This document shows positions 28,046 through 33,429 of a DNA stretch of 33,429 nucleotides, in pieces (position 1 is the first letter of the stretch; each line of letters opens with the position of its first letter). The position numbers and the translations under genes were made by a program. The stretch is from Verrucomicrobiota bacterium (GTDB lineage Bacteria; Verrucomicrobiota; Verrucomicrobiia; Opitutales; Seribacteraceae), in NCBI GenBank assembly GCA_027622665.1, contig JAQBYT010000042.1:1-33429 (forward strand), in the 5' to 3' direction. The notes beneath the pieces were generated by a model. The model did not search any database. It was given only the letters and a program-made list of their open reading frames with translations, and was not told where the DNA came from.

Positions 28046-29461
28046 ATGAGTTCATCAAACCAGACATCCTTTCTCGACAACGTAAACCTTTGTTTCGACC
28101 GGGCCGCTGCGGCTATCGAACTGCCAAGTGGGCTCGCCCAGCAGATCCGCACATGCAACGCCATCTGCGAAATGAAATTTGGCGTCGAGTTACATGGAGG
28201 GTATGAGGTCTTTACTGGCTGGCGAGCCACCCACAGCGAGCATGTCCTTCCCGTTAAGGGAGGAATACGCTACGCCACCTTCTCCGACCAGCAGGAAGTG
28301 GAAGCCCTCGCGGCCCTCATGACCTACAAGTGCTCCATCGTCAACGTCCCCTACGGTGGCTCCAAAGGCGCATTGAAAATTGACCCAAAGAAATACACGT
28401 CGGAGGAACTTGAGCACATCACCCGGCGATTCACCCAGGAACTAGACAAGCGTGGATTCATCGGTCCCAGCCTAAACGTGCCGGCTCCCGACATGGGCAC
28501 GGATCAACAAATGATGGCGTGGATGGCCGACGAGTACCAACGGCTTCACCCCAAAGACATCAACGCTCGTGGTTGCGTCACAGGCAAACCCGTCCACTGC
28601 GGGGGGATCCAAGGCAGAGTCGAGGCTACCGGACGTGGCGTACAATACGGCCTGCGTGAATTCTTTCGCAACCCGGACGACGTAAAGGCGGCCGGCCTCG
28701 AAGGAACCCTCGAGGGTAAGAGAATTATCATTCAAGGTCTCGGTAACGTCGGCTACCATGCCGCAAAGTTTCTGGAGGAAGAAGACGGTGCAAAAATCAT
28801 CGCAATCCTCGAACGAGACGGAGCTCTGCTGAACGAAGACGGACTGTCAGTCGAGGAAGTATTCGCCCACAAACAGGAAAAGGGCTGCATGGAAGGTTTC
28901 TCGGGAGCGCAATTCGTCCCCGGGGGAGCTAAACTTTTGGAACACCCCTGCGACATCCTCGTGCCCGCTGCAATGGAAGGCGTCATCTCTCAAGATAATG
29001 CCGGAAACATTCAGGCGAAAGTTATCGCCGAGGCTGCCAATGGCCCCGTTTCCTATGAGGCCGACCGCATCCTCAACGAAAAAGGGGCATTCATCCTGCC
29101 CGATGCCTACCTCAATGCCGGCGGGGTAACGGTCTCCTACTTCGAGTGGCTCAAGAACCTCTCGCACGTTCGCTTCGGCCGCATGGACCGTCGCTACGAG
29201 GAAGCGCAAGGACAAGCCATCCTCGACGTTCTCGAGCAAGCCCTCGGGAAGCCCGTCGAGGGTCAGGCCCGCGACAGCCTCCTGACAGGACCGGATGAAC
29301 TCACCCTCGTTCGCTCCGGTCTCGACGACACCATGCGTGAAGCCTACGGAGAAATTCGTGAGGTACATCTCTCCAACGACAAAATAAACGACCGGCGAAC
29401 CGCCGCCTTCGCTCTATCCATCAAGAAAATCGCCGCCATCTACGAGAGCATGAATCTTTAA
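28046..29461 (+). CDS. gdhA: Glutamate dehydrogenase (Glu/Leu/Phe/Val dehydrogenase family)
   Basis: PVKGGIRY, MTYKC, PYGGSKG, VPAPDMGT, VTGKP, ATGRG, QGLGNVG, EAANGP, NAGGVTVSYFEW. Confidence 0.95.
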   Translation: MSSSNQTSFLDNVNLCFDRAAAAIELPSGLAQQIRTCNAICEMKFGVELHGGYEVFTGWRATHSEHVLPVKGGIRYATFSDQQEVEALAALMTYKCSIVNVPYGGSKGALKIDPKKYTSEELEHITRRFTQELDKRGFIGPSLNVPAPDMGTDQQMMAWMADEYQRLHPKDINARGCVTGKPVHCGGIQGRVEATGRGVQYGLREFFRNPDDVKAAGLEGTLEGKRIIIQGLGNVGYHAAKFLEEEDGAKIIAILERDGALLNEDGLSVEEVFAHKQEKGCMEGFSGAQFVPGGAKLLEHPCDILVPAAMEGVISQDNAGNIQAKVIAEAANGPVSYEADRILNEKGAFILPDAYLNAGGVTVSYFEWLKNLSHVRFGRMDRRYEEAQGQAILDVLEQALGKPVEGQARDSLLTGPDELTLVRSGLDDTMREAYGEIREVHLSNDKINDRRTAAFALSIKKIAAIYESMNL

Positions 29462-29474
29462 GGCTTATTTTCAT

Positions 29475-30890
29475 GTGAACGAAGCTGTTCCAAATGCCAC
29501 TTCAGAAGAAGTCGATTGCAGTCTTGAGGCTGCCGCACAGGCCTTTCATTCTTTCAGAAAGCTTTCGGGCGAACGCAGAGCGAATTTCCTAGAAACGATC
29601 GCCGACAGACTGGAAAACAATTCCGAGGAAATCATTTCCCTCGCCCATCGCGAAACCTCGTTGGGCCTTCCACGCCTAGGGATGGAACTCCGGCGAACCG
29701 TAAACGAGACCCGACTCTTCGCCGGGCTTGCCCGATCCGAAGATTGGCTGGAGTCACGATCGGACGAGGCAGAACCAGACCGTATCCCAGTGCCAAAGCC
29801 CGCCCTGCAGAGCAGCCACATTCCCCTTGGCCCTGTTGTCGTGATAGGTGCCTGCAATTTCCCCTTGGCTATCTCGGTAGTCGGAACGGATACCATGTCG
29901 GCCCTAGCTGTAGGATGCCCGGTCATAGTAAAGGCACACCCGGGACATCCGGGCACTTGCGAGAAACTCGGGGAAATCGTTAATGAGGCCTCTACAAATA
30001 CCGATATGCCCTCCGGAACCTTTTCGCTTCTGCAAGGGAAAGACCACCGAGTCAGCCGCGAAATGGTCGGGCATCCGCTCACCAAGGCAGTTGCCTTCAC
30101 GGGTTCCCTGCAAGGTGGTCGAGCTCTCGCCTCCATCGCCTCCGCTCGCCCCGAACCCATACCTTTCTATGCCGAGATGGGAAGCCTCAACCCGGTTTTC
30201 ATCCTTCCCGGATCCCTGCGGGAACGCAGTGAAAAAATCGCCGAGGGGTATGTTGGAGCCGTAAACTTGTTCGCAGGCCAAATGTGCACCAAACCCGGAG
30301 CACTCGTTCTGATTGACGGTCCTGGTCTCGAAACCTTTCTCTCGACCGCAATAGCGACCACACGAGCGAAACTACCCGTCGCCATGCTCAACTCCGACAT
30401 TCGCGAAAACTACGAGACGAGCGCAAAGACCCTTGGCGAAAAGGCGGAACTCCTCGCCGAATCAGAAACGCCGCCCGAAATTTCGCGGAACGAAGCTGCC
30501 TCGCGGCTGTTCGTCACCGAAGCAAGAAGCTTCCTCGCCGACCCCGAATTGCGAGCCGAGGCATTCGGCCCGGCTTCCCTAATCGTCAAGGCCAAAGACA
30601 AGGAGGAACTGCTAGAGCTTGCTCGTCAACTTGAGGGAAACCTGACAGCAACCCTACACGCAGAAAATGGGGACGAGAAGCTACTGGACGAGATTCTGCC
30701 CCTTCTCGAGCAAAAGGCAGGTCGAGTTCTCTGGAAAGGGTTCCCTCCCGGCGTTGTTCCCACCACATCGACACATCACGGTGGCCCATGGCCGGCCACC
30801 TCCGATTCCAGACAGACCTCGATCGGGCTTTACGGTTATCGCCGGTTCGTAAGACAGGTCTGCCGACAAGGGTTTCCTAAAGACGCATAA
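29475..30890 (+). CDS. Aldehyde dehydrogenase, alpha-ketoglutaric semialdehyde dehydrogenase (KGSADH)-like
   Basis: PLGPVVVIGACNFPLA, VKAHPGHP, AFTGSLQGGRAL, PIPFYAEMGSLNP, GQMCTKPG, EAFGP, HGGPWPATSD. GTG start 13 nt after gdhA. Confidence 0.88.
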   Translation: MNEAVPNATSEEVDCSLEAAAQAFHSFRKLSGERRANFLETIADRLENNSEEIISLAHRETSLGLPRLGMELRRTVNETRLFAGLARSEDWLESRSDEAEPDRIPVPKPALQSSHIPLGPVVVIGACNFPLAISVVGTDTMSALAVGCPVIVKAHPGHPGTCEKLGEIVNEASTNTDMPSGTFSLLQGKDHRVSREMVGHPLTKAVAFTGSLQGGRALASIASARPEPIPFYAEMGSLNPVFILPGSLRERSEKIAEGYVGAVNLFAGQMCTKPGALVLIDGPGLETFLSTAIATTRAKLPVAMLNSDIRENYETSAKTLGEKAELLAESETPPEISRNEAASRLFVTEARSFLADPELRAEAFGPASLIVKAKDKEELLELARQLEGNLTATLHAENGDEKLLDEILPLLEQKAGRVLWKGFPPGVVPTTSTHHGGPWPATSDSRQTSIGLYGYRRFVRQVCRQGFPKDA

Positions 30891-30955
30891 TCAAACCGAC
30901 CTCTTCTCCCCTGCCTTTCTTTTGGCGTTTACAAAAGCCTCGGGCTGGTAACAGT

Positions 30956-31795
30956 TTGGCACCCGTTATGTCTCCTAATAGTGAAAAGGACTCGGCGATA
31001 CCTCACGCCTTCGTAAGCGAAGGCCCTGTGCGGGCAAGAGTTTGGAAAATTTGGTCTCCCCTGTGGAAGCTCCGAAACCATCGGAACGGTCGCCTCTTTC
31101 CTCCCCTCGCAACATTCGGAATGCTGGTTTTGCTTTCACCCTACCAATTGACCAACTGGATCGCCTCCGTTCGTGGAGAAACTATATGGGATCCGAAGTC
31201 CGTCTTCGTCTTGGCCGACGGTCGCTACCTCGATCACATTATCCCCTTTGTGCCATGGACCATATTCGTGTACTACACCATTTTTCTTTTTTACCTAGCC
31301 CTGTCGTTTGCAGCCCCAAAGACAAGAGACGGGCATCGCGAACTGCTAGTCACCATCCAGTTCGTCGTCTTGGCCAGTTGGTTTGCCTACGTCGTATTCT
31401 TGCTATTCCCCGCCCAAGTGGACTTGCGAGGGCAAGCCTTTGCCTTAGGCGCCACGGAAGGGAGCCTTGGACCGTTTTACGCCAGCTTCCACTGGCTGGA
31501 TCGCCCCTTCAACTCTTGGCCCAGCCTGCATGTCGCTCAAACCTTTCTAGCTGCCATCGGGCTGACTCATTGGTGGGCGCGCGAAGGCCGCAAGTTGCGA
31601 ATAATGGCCCTGTGGATTCTCTGGACTACTCTCGCCCTTAGCGCCCTCACGACCAAGCAGCATTTCCTATGGGATGTACTCACGGGATTCGCTCTGGGAC
31701 TGACTGCATGGTGGTTCGGACTTCGACCGGCGTTAAGACATCTTTCTGGAAAATCGCCTTTAAACGAAAAAAACCTTGCATCGGTTTCCAACTAA
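30956..31795 (+). CDS. PAP2-superfamily membrane protein (AUR1/IPC-synthase-like)
   Basis: About 6 TM segments; DRPFNSWPSLHVA (C2-like) and TTKQHFLWDV (C3-like HxxxD). Start uncertain (ATG at 30968). Confidence 0.8.
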   Translation: MAPVMSPNSEKDSAIPHAFVSEGPVRARVWKIWSPLWKLRNHRNGRLFPPLATFGMLVLLSPYQLTNWIASVRGETIWDPKSVFVLADGRYLDHIIPFVPWTIFVYYTIFLFYLALSFAAPKTRDGHRELLVTIQFVVLASWFAYVVFLLFPAQVDLRGQAFALGATEGSLGPFYASFHWLDRPFNSWPSLHVAQTFLAAIGLTHWWAREGRKLRIMALWILWTTLALSALTTKQHFLWDVLTGFALGLTAWWFGLRPALRHLSGKSPLNEKNLASVSN

Positions 31796-31851
31796 ATAAT
31801 TAATCAAACACATACCATTCTTGTACTAAACCAATTAAATCTACAAACGCC

Positions 31852-32721
31852 ATGGAAAAGAAAATCTCCCTCTTCCTCGCAATCCTCACCCTAGGATTCG
31901 CACAACAAATATTCGCACAAGACGAAAACGCCAGCGCAGGCGACTCGGAACGCTGGTCCGACTTCCTTCCGCTCAATAAGGAAATGGCGGGCGATGCCGA
32001 CCTACCGCTGCCTTTTGGCATAGGGATAACGGGCTACTGGCAGGAACAGGATTTGAAATCCAAGACAATAGGTTTGGCTATCCCCGCCAGGGCAATCCCT
32101 CAAGGTGTTATCACAGCTGCAAACGCAAAAGTGGAAAGTGAAGTAGACAGCTGGACCATTCGTTTAGACACTTGGATATTGCCATTCCTGAATATTTACG
32201 GCGTTGCAGGCAAAGTTGACGGACAAAATACAGTTGCACCCGGATTGGACATACAAGGGGCCATCACAGCTTTAGGCGGTCTTTCGGCAGGTATCGAAAC
32301 AAACGGTTTCAATGTGCACTATGATGGCGATGTTTATGGTATTGGTGCTATTCTCGCAGGCCAATGGGGTAAATATTGGGGAACAATTGACTACAACTTC
32401 ACTCAAGCCGATCTTGACATCAGCACCTCCGAAATTGATACTCACACCATCTCCCCTCGCATCGGACGCTCAGGTTCTCTTGGTAATGTAAAGGGATCTC
32501 TATGGATTGGAGCGATGCACCAAGCAGTTGATGAAAATCATAACGGACAAATAAACCAAGGTGGTCTTGATATTGAATATATTGTTCTGAACGAACAGGA
32601 AGACGAATGGAACTTTCTCCTTGGTGGGTCTGCAGAACTGAGTAAACAGTGGAACGCTTCAATAGAGGGGGGCATCGGCGACAGGAAGCAAGTGATGGGC
32701 AACCTGACCTTCCGCTTCTAG
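31852..32721 (+). CDS. Putative outer-membrane beta-barrel protein
   Basis: Signal peptide; alternating hydrophobic strands; C-terminal LTFRF beta-signal. Confidence 0.75.
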   Translation: MEKKISLFLAILTLGFAQQIFAQDENASAGDSERWSDFLPLNKEMAGDADLPLPFGIGITGYWQEQDLKSKTIGLAIPARAIPQGVITAANAKVESEVDSWTIRLDTWILPFLNIYGVAGKVDGQNTVAPGLDIQGAITALGGLSAGIETNGFNVHYDGDVYGIGAILAGQWGKYWGTIDYNFTQADLDISTSEIDTHTISPRIGRSGSLGNVKGSLWIGAMHQAVDENHNGQINQGGLDIEYIVLNEQEDEWNFLLGGSAELSKQWNASIEGGIGDRKQVMGNLTFRF

Positions 32722-32753
32722 AGGCTAGGCGAAAAATTAAACGCAAACTTTCT

Positions 32754-32791
32754 AAAAGGCGACTTGCTTGAGCGGGTCGCCTTTTTCTTTT
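32754..32791 (+). terminator. Rho-independent terminator of the beta-barrel gene
   Basis: AAAA-GGCGACTTGC-(TTGA)-GCGGGTCGCC-TTTTTCTTTT. Confidence 0.85.
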
Positions 32792-32835
32792 GTGAAGATC
32801 AAAACCAATTCCAAGCAATCCGGAACATCACTCGA

Positions 32836-32946
32836 TTGTCATTGCGAGGAAGCCCACAGGGCTGACGCGGCAATCCAGTTCAATTCTTACTGTCTTCCTG
32901 ACGATTCAGCTGGATTGCTTCGTCGCTCCACTCCTCGCAATGACAA
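32836..32946. repeat. REP/RPE-like palindromic element (GTCATTGCGAG...CTCGCAATGAC type)
   Basis: Perfect 15-bp terminal inverted repeat TTGTCATTGCGAGGA / TCCTCGCAATGACAA plus an inner stem GCAATCCAG / CTGGATTGC. Confidence 0.8.
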
Positions 32947-33066
32947 CGAGGGAAGCATCCACTCGCAATCGTTAGCAACACATTCCATCCGGGATTACCC
33001 CAACCGCGAGTCAGTCATGCATTGGGAAGAAGTTCCGAAATGAGCAGAAGGCACCAGCAGTAAACT

Positions 33067-33098
33067 CAGACGCCCTCCGGCGAACCGGAAGGCGTCTG
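33067..33098 (-). terminator. Strong hairpin, probable terminator of the minus-strand transcript
   Basis: Minus strand CAGACGCCTTCCGG-(TTCG)-CCGGAGGGCGTCTG: a 14-bp stem with one G-U pair and a UUCG loop. The U-tail is weak. Confidence 0.65.
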
Positions 33099-33140
33099 TT
33101 GAAAAACTTGCGACGTCTCCGCCGCAATCAAACGTATAAG

Positions 33141-33371
33141 TTCTGCTTAATCATAATCAACGCGCGTTCTGATGAAACGAGTGTGTCCCTCAAGGGTTTT
33201 GGTTTCCGTGCCGCCGCCGGTTAATTCCTCCAGCTTACGAAAGATGACATTGCGATCCTTGGCCGTCGTGGCGTCCCTCGCTGCTTGCTGCAAACGTGCA
33301 ATCTCCGCAGAACAATCGGATGCACTACAATCATTCTCTCGTTCCTCGTTCATGATGTGTGATCCTTGGAG
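33141..33371 (+). mobile_element. Solitary 231-bp integron cassette, apparently integrated at a GAT (attG-type) site
   Basis: Left junction G|TTCTGC (33140-33146) is the exact complement of R'' GCAGAAC (33307-33313). The right junction at the R' position reads G|ATCAGG. Confidence 0.75.
33147..33353 (-). CDS. Small hypothetical protein in reverse orientation within the cassette
   Basis: 68 aa. AAGGA lies 9 nt before the ATG, both inside the attC. The stop abuts the left cassette junction. Confidence 0.55.
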   Translation of the reverse strand: MNEERENDCSASDCSAEIARLQQAARDATTAKDRNVIFRKLEELTGGGTETKTLEGHTRFIRTRVDYD

Positions 33372-33377
33372 ATCAGG
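33307..33377 (+). repeat. attC site (71 bp) with a hybrid R' box
   Basis: R'' GCAGAAC - AATCG - L'' GATGCACT - ACAATCATTCTCTCGTTCCTCGTTCATGATG - L' TGTGATC - CTTGGA - R' GATCAGG. Arm GGAT(G)CAC(T)ACA(A)TCAT pairs with ATGATGTGTGATCC, leaving three single bulges. Confidence 0.78.
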
Positions 33378-33429
33378 ACACTCCGGCCACTTCCCAGCCT
33401 TTTCTGTACTTCTTGGTGACGTACTGTTG
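33373..33429 (-). CDS. 3' end of a gene entering from beyond the window, probably a Gfo/Idh/MocA oxidoreductase
   Basis: QQYVTKKYRKGWEVAGVS* with TGA at 33375-33373. 'YRKGW' is a typical C-terminus of PVC Gfo/Idh/MocA proteins. Confidence 0.6.
   Translation of the reverse strand, partial: QQYVTKKYRKGWEVAGVS

Noticed and set aside
32768..33043. 91-aa ORF (CHCEEAHRADAAIQ...GLLRRSTPRND)
   Set aside because: Translation of the palindromic repeat, starting within a terminator; a typical spurious ORF.
33172..33429. + strand open frame from ATG 33172 as the cassette's real gene
   Set aside because: It does not stop near R'', runs through the attC and antisense into the neighbouring gene, and has a Ser-rich shadow composition.
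1..33429. tRNA, rRNA, CRISPR array, transposase, integrase or formylglycine-generating enzyme
   Set aside because: None recognised by eye; the intergenic gaps are short and show no such signatures. A covariance-model scan would be needed to exclude small ncRNAs.

Overview
Bacterial window that looks like a PVC-superphylum genome, most likely a marine verrucomicrobium or planctomycete. This is inferred from gene content: two planctomycete cytochrome-c/DUF1501 pairs, a PVC-type CxxCH heme protein, DUF1080 proteins, three intact Cys-type sulfatases plus two sulfatase fragments, PepC, an aldo/keto reductase, an RRM protein, TctC, gdhA with a KGSA dehydrogenase, a PAP2-like membrane protein and an outer-membrane barrel. 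The most striking hidden structure is a set of integron gene cassettes with no integrase in the window. (1) A two-cassette low-GC array at 4750-6060 has two near-identical attC sites and was inserted 15 nt behind a sulfatase stop codon. (2) A 231-bp cassette at 33141-33371 appears to have integrated at a non-classical GAT (attG-type) site overlapping a host stop codon. Its only plausible ORF runs antisense to the attC and takes its Shine-Dalgarno and start codon from inside the attC. In both places the cassette ORFs are co-oriented with the upstream host gene, so they could be expressed by read-through. Also seen: an 81-bp promoter/signal-peptide module shared by two unrelated genes, three deletion or frameshift scars, and a REP-like palindrome. 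All product calls come from motif recognition by eye; no searches were run.
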